Source: a virus
Reading direction: 5' to 3' (one strand)
IMG/VR virus record: IMGVR_UViG_3300025914_000010
Location: 1 to 64,000 of that record
DNA length: 64,000 bases
Part shown: in pieces, positions 9,190-18,409 of the stretch
Position numbering within the stretch: the first letter of the stretch is position 1
How the letters are laid out: each line of letters opens with the position of its first letter
The notes under the pieces: model-generated
Database searches by the model: none
What the model was told of the DNA's origin: nothing
What the model saw: only the letters and a program-made list of their open reading frames with translations
Program-made: the position numbers and the translations under genes

Positions 9190-9741
9190 ATGACCACCGT
9201 TACTTGCCAGCATTGCGGAAAAGTCTTTGAAAGTCAGCGGCGCACTCGGAAGTTTTGTTCTGTCACCTGTGCGAACCGTAGCATTCACGCAGTTGTAAAG
9301 GAGCGCAATTGCCGCCATTGCGGAGCGGCCTTTCCAGTTATCAGTTCAGCGGATGCCAATCGGCAACACTGCTCCAGAGCGTGCGCGAAAAACTACAACG
9401 CTCTGCGAATCCACAAGTGGAAAGAAGAGCGACCTGGGTACATGAAGCCTTACAACGAGACGCGCAAGGCTAAAGACCCTGAGATTAACAAGAGGAGAGC
9501 GCGAGAGCAGCGAGCAGAGATACTGAGGCTTTTAGGCGGGGCTTGTGTGGTTTGTGGTGCAAGCAATCCTAACTGGCTACACGTTGATTACATCCCTACG
9601 CAAAAGGATTTGCGATTCCGACACCCGCGCCACATTAAATTTGTACGTGAACACTTATCCGAATTCCGAATACTTTGCGCCAACCACCATTACGAACTGA
9701 CTTTAACAGGCGCAATCGAAGGAACAGACATTACGCAATGA
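9190..9741 (+). CDS. Free-standing HNH-like homing endonuclease with N-terminal zinc fingers
   Basis: Repeated CxxC..FCSxxC fingers; LGGACVVCG...LHVDYI...ILCANHH (HNH His appears as Tyr); lower GC. Confidence 0.8.
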   Translation: MTTVTCQHCGKVFESQRRTRKFCSVTCANRSIHAVVKERNCRHCGAAFPVISSADANRQHCSRACAKNYNALRIHKWKEERPGYMKPYNETRKAKDPEINKRRAREQRAEILRLLGGACVVCGASNPNWLHVDYIPTQKDLRFRHPRHIKFVREHLSEFRILCANHHYELTLTGAIEGTDITQ

Positions 9742-10529
9742 GACGACCGAGGTTGTTGGATCTTTACGCAGGAGCCGGTGGTGCCTCTATGGGCTATCAC
9801 CGCGCAGGCTTTGAAGTGGTCGGCGTGGACATGCGCCCGCAGCCGCACTTTCCGTTCCAATTCGTGCAAGCTGACGCGCTGCAGTACCTGCGCGAGTACG
9901 GACGATGTTTCGACGTGATCCACGCGTCGCCGCCGTGTCAGACAGACACACGGCTTGCGAAACTGCACCGCGCCAAAGGGCCAGAGTACGACGCTACGCA
10001 CAAGAGTATGACCGCGCCGACGCGCGACCTGCTGATAGCATCCGGCAAGCCGTACATCATCGAAGGCGTTGAAGGTGCGCCTCTGCTGAATGCCCTCACG
10101 CTCTGCGGCACGATGTTCAACCTTCGCACGGACTGCGGAGCCGAACTGCGGCGGCACAGGCTATTCGAGACGAATTGGTTTGACGATCTGCTGTCCGTGC
10201 CGCTCTGTCAACACGGCTCTGACCGAACGATTGGGGTGACCGGGACCGGTCACCCCATGACGGGAGCGCGGCGGTTCAGCAGAAATCGGACTGTGACCGT
10301 TACGGGTCACAGTCCGATGGACGGGCGCAAGAAACGCGTTATTACTATCACTGGCGCAACGCCGCAACAGAACACTGTGCGCAACCTGATTCGCGAGACG
10401 TTTCCGGTGAGCGCGGCACGAACGGCGATGGGCATTGACTGGATGACATCCATGAAAGAATTATCGCAAGCGATACCGCCTGCATACACGCAGTGGATAG
10501 GCGAACGGCTCATGGAGCAACTGAGATGA
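9738..10529 (+). CDS. DNA cytosine-C5 methyltransferase (phage type)
   Basis: LLDLYAGAGG motif I, ASPPCQ motif IV, IEGV motif VI variant, RHRLFE motif VIII, SQAIPPAY motif X. Confidence 0.9.
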   Translation: MRRPRLLDLYAGAGGASMGYHRAGFEVVGVDMRPQPHFPFQFVQADALQYLREYGRCFDVIHASPPCQTDTRLAKLHRAKGPEYDATHKSMTAPTRDLLIASGKPYIIEGVEGAPLLNALTLCGTMFNLRTDCGAELRRHRLFETNWFDDLLSVPLCQHGSDRTIGVTGTGHPMTGARRFSRNRTVTVTGHSPMDGRKKRVITITGATPQQNTVRNLIRETFPVSAARTAMGIDWMTSMKELSQAIPPAYTQWIGERLMEQLR

Positions 10530-10728
10530 AACCAGCGACCCCCGACTTCAACCCCCACCAGTCCCGCACCGTCCCCCACCGCCGCAGCTGGCGCGACCGG
10601 CCGGAAGCGCCGCACGGGAGGCGACGACGGGAAGTGCCTGAAGGGGCGGGCGTGGTGTGCTGGGGATGCTTGATGTTCCTCGGCTGGGCCGCGATCGGCT
10701 TGGGTTTCTTGCTGAAAGGACTGATGAA

Positions 10729-10965
10729 GTGAGCGACATTCAGACACGCATCAAAGACAAGCGCGCGGAAATCGTTCAGCAGTACCGGGCAATCAACGAA
10801 GCGAGAGCCGCACTACGTGACACGGAGAGACGCTTGGAGGTCTTAACGGCGCAGATGAGGGCGCTTGCCGAGGAAGAGGCGGAGACGGTCCCGTGTGCGG
10901 TTGTGGACAAGCTGCCGAAAGGGTATCAGGCTCCGGTGTATGTGCCAGCGGGCAAGGCGGCATGA
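10729..10965 (+). CDS. Hypothetical coiled-coil protein
   Basis: GTG start in operon chain. Confidence 0.5.
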   Translation: MSDIQTRIKDKRAEIVQQYRAINEARAALRDTERRLEVLTAQMRALAEEEAETVPCAVVDKLPKGYQAPVYVPAGKAA

Positions 10966-11273
10966 GCAAACCCATGATGAAGTGCGGCCACGCGGCCAAC
11001 GCTGTCACTGCTGACGGTAAGCCCTCGTGCGTTATCTGCGCTGGAATTCATCCCGGACACAACATCGTGGATGACGCCCCGCCCGACCTGAGCACCCGAA
11101 CCGCGCGCTGCTTCTACTACGGCATGGTGCCGAGCCGCAACGAGTGCAGTCAATGTCGCGGCAAAGATGCGTGTGGATGTGAGCGACCATCCAACACGGA
11201 TTTGGCTTTCTTCGCTCACAAGCCAGACGCACTGTTCGACGAATTCTACTGCGGGTGCATGTCGTGGGATTGA
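10962..11273 (+). CDS. Cys-rich hypothetical protein
   Basis: MMKCGH...CVIC...CSQC..CGC...DEFYCGC.SWD. Confidence 0.6.
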   Translation: MSKPMMKCGHAANAVTADGKPSCVICAGIHPGHNIVDDAPPDLSTRTARCFYYGMVPSRNECSQCRGKDACGCERPSNTDLAFFAHKPDALFDEFYCGCMSWD

Positions 11274-11732
11274 CCGGATCAACTCGGAGCCTGACGCGGA
11301 AATCCTGGTCGCGCACCGGCGAGAGACGCACGCCGGGTTGCGAGAGCGGCGCCTGGCGATCAGTGCCGTGCCAGCCGAACAGAGCGCAGCGTGAACCGCT
11401 CTACGTCCGGCAGAGAGCCGCTGGTGAGCGTCCTCGTGTTCCTCGCGGGGCTGGCGCTCGGACTGGCGGCGCACGCGATTATGGCGGCGATTGGGAGGTA
11501 TCCGTGACCGGCATGGAGATCAAGCGCCGATCGAACACCGGCATCCGCTACGTGAATTGGGGCGGATGGTACGACACGCCGGACGGTCGCGGTCTGTGCC
11601 TCGCGCGGTGGATGTCCGGACATCAGAAGCACATCCGCAATCCGCGAGGACGCAGGCGATGCGGTAGTCGGTTGTGGATGAAGCAGAACCGTGAGATGTG
11701 CCCGCGCCTGCGCCGGACCCGCAGGCGGTAGA

Positions 11733-12025
11733 GCAGCCACCGACGCCGGGTTAGTTGTCCCGGCCCCGGCTGCACGTTGCGTGAAGCCTACGGAACAAAC
11801 ATAAATCGGCCCACGAGATGGGGCATCCCCGAATAAGTTGCAGGAATAAGGGGAATGCCGTAGGTTTCACGGAGCGTGCATAGGCGGCACGTTCGGCCCC
11901 GCTCCTTACACGAGAAAGCGAGGTGAAGCCATGTGACGGACTTTGATACCGGGACGCGATCGGGGATACGCGAGCGAAGGTGAATATCAGCCGCAGGGGG
12001 TTTCGGGTTCGGTCCCTGCGGACTG
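11733..12025 (+). ncRNA. Highly structured intergenic RNA candidate
   Basis: Stems GCCGGG/CCCGGC; long stem TGCACG..GTGAAGCCTACGG / CCGTAGGTTTCAC..CGTGCA (11771-11880); CCGCAGGG/CCCTGCGG; no convincing ORF. Confidence 0.55.
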
Positions 12026-12114
12026 GCCCCAATAGCATAAGCGCCGAAAGGTGCGGGCAATGCGCCTGGAAACCAAGAGCCGGGAAGATGTCAGTTCGAG
12101 CCTGACAAGGGGCG
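12026..12114 (+). ncRNA. tRNA-like RNA (non-canonical, probably not a decoding tRNA)
   Basis: GCCCC/GGGGC acceptor with AA/AA mismatch; GCAT/ATGC D-stem holding an extra GCGCC-GAAA-GGTGC hairpin; CCTGG/CCGGG stem with 10-nt loop; T-arm GTCAG-TTCGAGC-CTGAC. Confidence 0.7.
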
Positions 12115-12136
12115 TTGTGTGAGAGAGGAGACGACG

Positions 12137-13138
12137 TTGGCTGAAAACACACTGATAAGCTGGGCCACGCATACGGCGAATTTTTGGACTGGTTGCATTA
12201 AGGTGTCCGACCCCGGACTTTGCACAAACTGCTACGCCGAGACGCTTATCAACCGATTCGGCGGCAACTTCGAGCGCGACAGGCCGATGGTCAAGAAGGT
12301 TTGGAGTGACATCCCGCGCTGGCAGAAACAATCCGAGAAAACCGGCGACCGGCCCCGCGTCTTCGTGATGAGCCTGGGTGATTTCTTCGAGGCCCTGCCT
12401 GAAAACCACAAGGACTACTACGACCTCTACGAAGCGCGGAGGCGTGCTATCGACCTGATGGAGCAGACAACCGGGATAGACTACCTGGTCCTGACGAAGC
12501 GCATCTCCAACGTCCGCAAGATGGTCCCGCGCCACTGGCTGGAGATTTGGCCCTCCCACATCCGCCTCGGCATCAGCGTCGGCACGCAGAAGGACGCCGA
12601 CCGGGACATACCCCGACTGTTGAAGATCGACGCGCCCAACTTCTTGAGCATGGAGCCCTTGCTGGAGAGGGTCGATATCTCATGGGCGCTTGAAAGCCAC
12701 GAGTTAGGCGAACTGCCGCAGGACGAAAACGGGCACGCATCTTCGGTGTACTCGAACGCGATTGACTGGGTAATCACGGGCGGCGAGTCGGGACCGCACG
12801 CGAGGCCGATGCACCCCGATTGGGCAAGGTCTCTGCGCGACCAGTGTCAAGCGGCTGGTGTTGCTTTCCACTTCAAGCAATGGGGCCGCAATCTGCCGGA
12901 AAGTCAATGGGACAGCTTCTCCGCAGACATCAACGCGCAACGATGCGCCCGGAATAGTTACGACCTGAGCGAACGAACCATTCGCAGCGTGCGCGCCCAC
13001 GGCGAACGCTTCTATCCGATGAACAAAAGTGAGACAGGCCATCTCCTCGACGGCGAAGTGTGGCAGCAGTTTCCCGAGGCGCTGACGCCGTCGCTCTTTG
13101 CCGCCACCGCCGCGACCGGGAGCGAGGGAGGGGCGTGA
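12137..13138 (+). CDS. Phage Gp37/Gp68 family (DUF5131) radical-SAM-like protein
   Basis: ISWATHTANFWTGCIKVS..CTNCYAE; RVFVMSLGDFF; LTKR; FLSMEPLL; DWVITGGESG; FHFKQWG. Confidence 0.92.
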   Translation: MAENTLISWATHTANFWTGCIKVSDPGLCTNCYAETLINRFGGNFERDRPMVKKVWSDIPRWQKQSEKTGDRPRVFVMSLGDFFEALPENHKDYYDLYEARRRAIDLMEQTTGIDYLVLTKRISNVRKMVPRHWLEIWPSHIRLGISVGTQKDADRDIPRLLKIDAPNFLSMEPLLERVDISWALESHELGELPQDENGHASSVYSNAIDWVITGGESGPHARPMHPDWARSLRDQCQAAGVAFHFKQWGRNLPESQWDSFSADINAQRCARNSYDLSERTIRSVRAHGERFYPMNKSETGHLLDGEVWQQFPEALTPSLFAATAATGSEGGA

Positions 13139-13962
13139 GCCGCCCTGTCCTACGATACCACGGCGGCAAATGGAAACTCGCTCCGTGGATCATATCGCAC
13201 TTCGGCCCGCACAAGGTCTACACCGAGACGTTCGGCGGCGGTGCGTCCGTCCTGATGCGAAAGGCGCGTTCCTACGCAGAAGTTTACAACGACCTTGACG
13301 GCGAAATTTGCAATCTCTTCTGCGTTCTTCGCCACCGATCGCACGAGCTGACCCGCGCACTCGAATTGACGCCGTTCGCGCGAGATGAATACAAGCGCAG
13401 CTTTGAGATAAGCAAAGACGAACTTGAGCAGGCGCGGCGCACGGTCATTCGCTCCTACATGGGATTCGGCTCGAACTCGTTGAACCGCGACCTCAAGAGC
13501 GGTTTCCGATCGTGCAGCAACCGAAGCGGAACGACGCCCGCACACGATTGGGCGAACTTCCCGAAAGCGATTGCTGAAATAGCCGACCGGCTGAGTGGCG
13601 TCGTGATTGAGAACCAAGACGCGAAGGAAGTCATGGCGGCGCACGACAGCACAGAAACGCTCCACTACGTGGATCCGCCCTACGTTCATTCGACGCGTTC
13701 AGGAGCGATGCACGGCAACCACGGATACGCCCACGAGATGACCGACGCCGAACACGAGGCATTGGCGGCGTTCCTGTGTGGATTGGAAGGCATGGTCGTC
13801 CTAAGCGGCTATCACAGCTCGCTCTATGACCGCCTGTATCGTGACTGGAAACGCACCGACAAATCCGCACTTGGCGACGGAGCGGTAAAGCGCACTGAGG
13901 TTCTATGGTTCAACGACAGGGCAGCGACGGCGATAGCCCAGGGCAACCTATTCGACCCATAG
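13135..13962 (+). CDS. DNA adenine methyltransferase (D12/Dam family)
   Basis: LRYHGGKW, ETFGGGASV, YNDLD, YVDPPY. Confidence 0.92.
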   Translation: MSRPVLRYHGGKWKLAPWIISHFGPHKVYTETFGGGASVLMRKARSYAEVYNDLDGEICNLFCVLRHRSHELTRALELTPFARDEYKRSFEISKDELEQARRTVIRSYMGFGSNSLNRDLKSGFRSCSNRSGTTPAHDWANFPKAIAEIADRLSGVVIENQDAKEVMAAHDSTETLHYVDPPYVHSTRSGAMHGNHGYAHEMTDAEHEALAAFLCGLEGMVVLSGYHSSLYDRLYRDWKRTDKSALGDGAVKRTEVLWFNDRAATAIAQGNLFDP

Positions 13963-13978
13963 CCTCCCTCACCCCGCC

Positions 13979-14015
13979 GACCCCGACGACCCCGGCGACC
14001 CCGACGACCCCGGCG
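13979..14015. repeat. 9-bp tandem repeat GACCCCG(A/G)C x4
   Basis: gaccccgac gaccccggc gaccccgac gaccccggc followed by a G-rich tract. Confidence 0.75.
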
Positions 14016-14062
14016 GCGGTTGCGGCGAGGGTGGTGGGGACGGGGCGCAGGGAGACGAGCGG

Positions 14063-14266
14063 CTAGTGATTGGCGCTCTCTGATGGGTCGCTCGGGTCAT
14101 GAGGCCAAGGAGCGTTCACGCTGTCGAGATATGCGAGGAGCGCCTTCTGCATGACAAGGCTTTTTGGTTCACGGCTCGACTTGGCATAGAGGTCAAGCCG
14201 CTCAAGAACATCTTCGTCGATACGGATTGTCAGTTGAACTTTGGGTGGAGTTGTGATTTTCGGCAT
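14063..14266 (-). CDS. Ribbon-helix-helix (CopG-like) regulator
   Basis: VQLTIRIDEDVLERLDLYAKSSREPKSLVMQKAL; AAGGAG RBS; GGTATAAT upstream on minus strand. Confidence 0.8.
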   Translation of the reverse strand: MPKITTPPKVQLTIRIDEDVLERLDLYAKSSREPKSLVMQKALLAYLDSVNAPWPHDPSDPSESANH

Positions 14267-14330
14267 TCGGGTCTCTCCTTTTGAGACAAAAACAGATTAT
14301 ACCATATAACTTAAATAGGTATTTCCTGTC

Positions 14331-14360
14331 TTGACTTTTCTTGGTATTACCGGGTATTAT
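14331..14360 (+). promoter_or_regulatory. Promoter for recombination/replication genes
   Basis: TTGACT-18nt-TATTAT. Confidence 0.5.
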
Positions 14361-14393
14361 CCGTCATACAGTACGAATTGATTGGAGAAACCA

Positions 14394-15269
14394 ATGAGCA
14401 CAGAAGACCCAATCGCCCAACTGAAGAAGTTGCGCGAACCGTTCCTACCAAACCAAATCAGCAAGTTGCCGAAGGGCAACATCACTCTCGACTATGTGGG
14501 GCATGCAGCTCTAACGGATCGGTTGCTTGACGTGGACCCGCTTTGGTCCTGGGAACCGCTTGCCCTTACGCCCGAAGGTCTGCCGCTGCTCGATAGCGAC
14601 GGCGGTCTGTGGATCAAATTAACAGTCTGTGGAATTACGCGCCTGGGCTACGGGGATGCGGCCGCGAAGTCTGGACCGAATGCAATGAAGGAGCGAATCG
14701 GGGACGCGCTTAGAAACGCTGGCATGAGGTTCGGGATAGCGCTCGACCTGTGGCACAAGGGCGAATTGCACGACAACGCAAATGCCGCGAAGCCCCCTGC
14801 GACGCGCACCGTCGTGCGGAACGGCCAGCGCGTCAATACAACGACCGGCGAAATCCATGACGACGAAGCCGTAAAAGCTGCTGCCGCAAAAGAAGCCGCC
14901 GAGCGTGCGGAAGCCGAGAAAGCCGAAAAGAAGCGGCGGCTCGACGAACTCAATCAAGAGTTATCTTCGCGGTTCAAGAAACTCGGCTACGACGGTGATC
15001 CTCAATATCTCGCCAAGGCGCTTTGCAAGAAGGACAAGCTGGTCGTGGTTGACATCAAGAACGCGATGATGCTCACAGACGAGGCGTGGATACACGCTCT
15101 CACGGAAGGCGGCATTAAGCGCCCGGAAGATATGCCGAAGACCAAGGCAAAGATGGTCGAGGAAGCGCCGCCGCTCGAATTGTCAGGCGACGACGATCCA
15201 TTCGCAGACAAGCCGCCCGTAAGCGCCGATGCTAGCGCGCAAACCTTGGCAGCGATCGCCGGACGTTAG
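14394..15269 (+). CDS. Rad52/Sak-like single-strand annealing protein
   Basis: LDYVGHAALTDRLLDVDPLWSW...KERIGDALRNAGMRFGIALDLW; acidic DDDPF tail. Confidence 0.85.
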   Translation: MSTEDPIAQLKKLREPFLPNQISKLPKGNITLDYVGHAALTDRLLDVDPLWSWEPLALTPEGLPLLDSDGGLWIKLTVCGITRLGYGDAAAKSGPNAMKERIGDALRNAGMRFGIALDLWHKGELHDNANAAKPPATRTVVRNGQRVNTTTGEIHDDEAVKAAAAKEAAERAEAEKAEKKRRLDELNQELSSRFKKLGYDGDPQYLAKALCKKDKLVVVDIKNAMMLTDEAWIHALTEGGIKRPEDMPKTKAKMVEEAPPLELSGDDDPFADKPPVSADASAQTLAAIAGR

Positions 15270-15276
15270 ACCATTT

Positions 15277-15386
15277 CAGTATGGCTAGGCCAGAGCCATA
15301 CTGTACAGACGGATGCACTCGTGGCATTCCGAGGGTGGGTGTTCGAAGCGGCTGGCCCCGCAGAGGACACCCGCCCGTTTTCATTT
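15277..15386 (+). terminator. Three-hairpin region ending in a terminator-like stem
   Basis: CAGTATGGCT/AGCCATACTG; GGATGC/GCATTCC; GGGTGGGTGTTC/GGACACCCGCCC followed by GTTTTCATTT. Confidence 0.55.
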
Positions 15387-15399
15387 ATTAGGTGACGAT

Positions 15400-15908
15400 T
15401 TGAACCGCAATCAACCTTCTGAATATCGCTCTTACGCTGAATACCTGCGACACCCAAAGTTCCGTGCTGTGCGGGCAATAGTCATGGGCCGCAATGGAAC
15501 TTCCTTTTCCTCACGAAATTCCCTGCCCGCTATGAAGAGTTTGCCGGTGAACTGCCAGACAACGCGTGGATCGGAACCACGGTTGACCGTCAGTGGGCCG
15601 TGCAGCGGGCAGAGAAGGCGTTCAAGAAGGTTATGGATGCAGGACACCAGGGCGTGCGCTGGCTGTCCTGCGAGCCGATGTTGGAGCGGTTGACCTTCGA
15701 GTCGCTCGACATGTTCAATTGGGTTGTGGTTGGCGGTGCGAGTCGAAGCACTCAAACACCGGAATTCAAGCCGCCGATCGAGTGGGCGTTCCATCTGTGG
15801 CAGCAGGCTCGCACGGCTAATGCCGCCTTTTACATGAAGACCAATCTTGGCGTGGATCACGGTTGCCGCATTCGAGAATATCCGTGGGAAACAGGCTCAG
15901 ACCTGTAG
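15400..15908 (+). pseudogene. Deletion chimera: HNH N-terminal stub fused out of frame to a DUF5131 C-terminal half
   Basis: SYAEYLRHPKFRAVRAIV (15400-~15495), then PQWNFLFLTKFP...WIGTTV...WLSCEPML...WVVVGG...FYMK in another frame from 15489. Confidence 0.7.
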
Positions 15909-15922
15909 CATAAGGACCGGGC

Positions 15923-16906
15923 ATGGCGCGAATCCGTTCTATCAAGCCGGAGTATTGGAGTGACGCAACGATTGCGACATTCGATTACTTCACACGGCTG
16001 TTCTACATCGCTCTTTGGAACTTCGCTGATGACGAAGGCAGAGGCCGCGCATTATGCAAAGAACTTGCGGGGTTCGCGTTTCCGCTAGACGACGACCTGC
16101 CGAACTCGGAAGTCGAGCGGGCGCTTCAAACCATAGCCGCGTCTGGCAGGATTATGCTTTACGAAAGCTCGGGCGTTCGCCATTTTCAGATCATGAAGTG
16201 GGCAGATCATCAGAAGGTAGACCGGGCTTCGAAATCGCGTTTACCTGAGCCGCCAACAGACTATCGTGGAAAGTCTCGCGAGACTATCGTCGATAGTCTC
16301 ACCGAACTATCTTGCAGTTCCGACCCTAGGAGTTTGGAATCTGGAGTTAGGAATTTGGAATCTGGAGGTGGGAGTGAGGAGCGCGTGGACGCGCCCGCTC
16401 ACGCCCCAAGTTTCAATGACATCGAGACAGATTTGATACCGGCAGGAGCAACGCAGATTCCGAGAGGCGATCCTGGGGAACTGATTCGCGCAGCCTCTTC
16501 CCTGCTAGGCCGGGCCACAAATCTGAACTCGAATGAACGGGCCGAATGGCGAAAGCTCGCCTTAGTGCTGCTTGAGCACTACACCGTTGCGCAAATCCTG
16601 GCGGTCTTGAGGGCTGGCATTCTGCGGAAGTCGGAATGCAAGCAAAAGTACCTCTTCAGGTATCTCAAGGACGACGTGCCGGATTTCTACACGACGCCCG
16701 ATGTTGCGTCGGCGCGGCAGGCTCAAAGCGCTGATGACGCTGTACGCGCCGAGCAGGAGGCGCAAGAGCGTGCGGATGCCGAACGGGAGCGAATTGCCAA
16801 ATCCGAGGCCGAACTTGAAGAGCGCCGCAGAAAAGCGAAAGCCGCTGTTGTGCCGCCGCCGCCGCTGGCAGAAAGCGAGAAGCCATGTCTGCTGCAATCG
16901 CTGTAA
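15923..16906 (+). CDS. Phage replication initiator
   Basis: MARIRSIKPEYWSD...RLFYIALWNFADDEGR...WADHQK N-terminal signature. Confidence 0.85.
   Translation: MARIRSIKPEYWSDATIATFDYFTRLFYIALWNFADDEGRGRALCKELAGFAFPLDDDLPNSEVERALQTIAASGRIMLYESSGVRHFQIMKWADHQKVDRASKSRLPEPPTDYRGKSRETIVDSLTELSCSSDPRSLESGVRNLESGGGSEERVDAPAHAPSFNDIETDLIPAGATQIPRGDPGELIRAASSLLGRATNLNSNERAEWRKLALVLLEHYTVAQILAVLRAGILRKSECKQKYLFRYLKDDVPDFYTTPDVASARQAQSADDAVRAEQEAQERADAERERIAKSEAELEERRRKAKAAVVPPPPLAESEKPCLLQSL
16257..16366. repeat. Iteron-like repeats (candidate origin) inside the initiator gene
   Basis: cAGACTATCGtgGAaAGTCTC and perfect GAGACTATCG-T-CGATAGTCTC (16280-16300); TTTGGAATCTGGAG x2. Confidence 0.65.
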
Positions 16907-17517
16907 AATCCCGATTGCCACGACCGAGGAACTTCGAATCGGACGTACGCGCCGCCGAGAGACTGAAAGAAACCAACCAGCGTATGCCGCCGCGCTTATG
17001 GGCTGCGTGGATCGGAAAATTGGCGGGACTCCAGGTCAATCATCCGTGCTACACGGCAAGCGGGGAATGCGTCGGGTTTGGAACGGACATCGGTGACGAT
17101 CCGAGATTGCGCGTCGTTTCGTACCAGCGACCTTCTGAAATCACCATTGCCATTCACCGTCTGATAGGCACGCCGACCGAGATATGGACGCTAAAAGAAC
17201 TCTCGGATATGGTCATGTGGCTGGACACGCAGGAGCAACGGAATTACTGCTACGAGGCGGTTGGGATGCTGGCAAGGGACGATGAGCACGAACCTCCCGG
17301 CCGCATGGTCATTCAGAAAGTCATCGGGCAGCTCGCTGTCAAGCAGACCATGCTCGACATCAACAGCGAACCGGCCAGACAGCACAGAGAGCAGATTCGC
17401 CAGTCGCCGCTACTCACGGAACCTGCCGAGAAGTTCTCTGCGGCACTTGAGCAATTAGCCAAGAACCCGCCGCACGACATCGTTAACAGCTTCTTCAACG
17501 AAGAGAGCGCTGCGTAA
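16885..17517 (+). CDS. Hypothetical protein in the helicase-loader position
   Basis: Overlaps the initiator 3' end; no Walker motif seen. Confidence 0.55.
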   Translation: MSAAIAVKSRLPRPRNFESDVRAAERLKETNQRMPPRLWAAWIGKLAGLQVNHPCYTASGECVGFGTDIGDDPRLRVVSYQRPSEITIAIHRLIGTPTEIWTLKELSDMVMWLDTQEQRNYCYEAVGMLARDDEHEPPGRMVIQKVIGQLAVKQTMLDINSEPARQHREQIRQSPLLTEPAEKFSAALEQLAKNPPHDIVNSFFNEESAA

Positions 17518-17538
17518 ATTCGCATGAAATGAGGAGAT

Positions 17539-17811
17539 GTGATGGCTGACCAAACTTTCGAGGTAAGCGGAACCGTGACAGAGCACTTAACCGCCGAGAA
17601 CGCACCGGATGTGAAGACAGAACGGCAGGCGGCGGCATGGTTCCGAGCAACGCGCGGTAAGTGGCCGGATTGGGTGAACGGCGCTCGCGTCGTCGGATAT
17701 TGCGTGCAGAGCGGGGAATCGGTTTTTGATGACGATCAGTATGACAGCGACTACGAAGATGGCATTCTCATTCTGACCAAAAAGAACCCCGAACACGACG
17801 AGCAGCCGTAA
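17539..17811 (+). CDS. Hypothetical protein
   Basis: GAGGAG RBS. Confidence 0.6.
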   Translation: MMADQTFEVSGTVTEHLTAENAPDVKTERQAAAWFRATRGKWPDWVNGARVVGYCVQSGESVFDDDQYDSDYEDGILILTKKNPEHDEQP

Positions 17812-17910
17812 ACCCACCACCGCCACCCACCCCCAGTGCCGCCGCGAGCGAGGCGGGATGGGATGGGACGGGGGTTGCGAGGCGGGGAAAGGAGAGAGAG
17901 GCGGTGAGGA

Positions 17911-18159
17911 ATGAGTGATCCGTTTACGAGAATTGCAGACTACGCGATCAACGCCGAGAAGCAGATCGCCGCGCTCACGGACGCGCTGGCCGGTATGGTG
18001 CGCCTGTTTTCGTGCGACGACGATGGCGCGGTCTATGCTGTCCATCCAGAGGATATGCAGGCAGTTCGGCTGCTTGCAGACGCAGGCTTGATCGAAATCG
18101 AACGCAACGCCGAGCACGTCGTGGAGGGCTTCTGGAAGGGACCGGCAGATGCCCGCTGA
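17911..18159 (+). CDS. Hypothetical protein
   Basis: Operon chain with RBS. Confidence 0.55.
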   Translation: MSDPFTRIADYAINAEKQIAALTDALAGMVRLFSCDDDGAVYAVHPEDMQAVRLLADAGLIEIERNAEHVVEGFWKGPADAR

Positions 18160-18409
18160 TCTCGACGCTTTGCAGATGGCAACCAACCGCGCCCTCAACG
18201 TCGCACGCGACCACGCGGCCCGTCGCTGGCCGGTCAACTGGAACCGCGTCTGCTGCATCGATGCGCGCGAGTGGCGCAACCAGAGCGGGGATACGGGGCT
18301 AACGGTGATCGTCGCTTACGCCGCGCCAGGGTGTGCCGCGCTATCCGAGTTTGTGGCGGGGCAGTTGAAGAATGATTTTGGGGATGTGGAAGTGGTGACG
18401 GAGTGGTGA
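18149..18409 (+). CDS. Hypothetical protein
   Basis: Operon chain. Confidence 0.55.
   Translation: MPADLDALQMATNRALNVARDHAARRWPVNWNRVCCIDAREWRNQSGDTGLTVIVAYAAPGCAALSEFVAGQLKNDFGDVEVVTEW

Noticed and set aside
11733-12114. tmRNA or RNase P RNA
   Set aside because: No tag ORF, no tmRNA termini and no RNase P P4 consensus found
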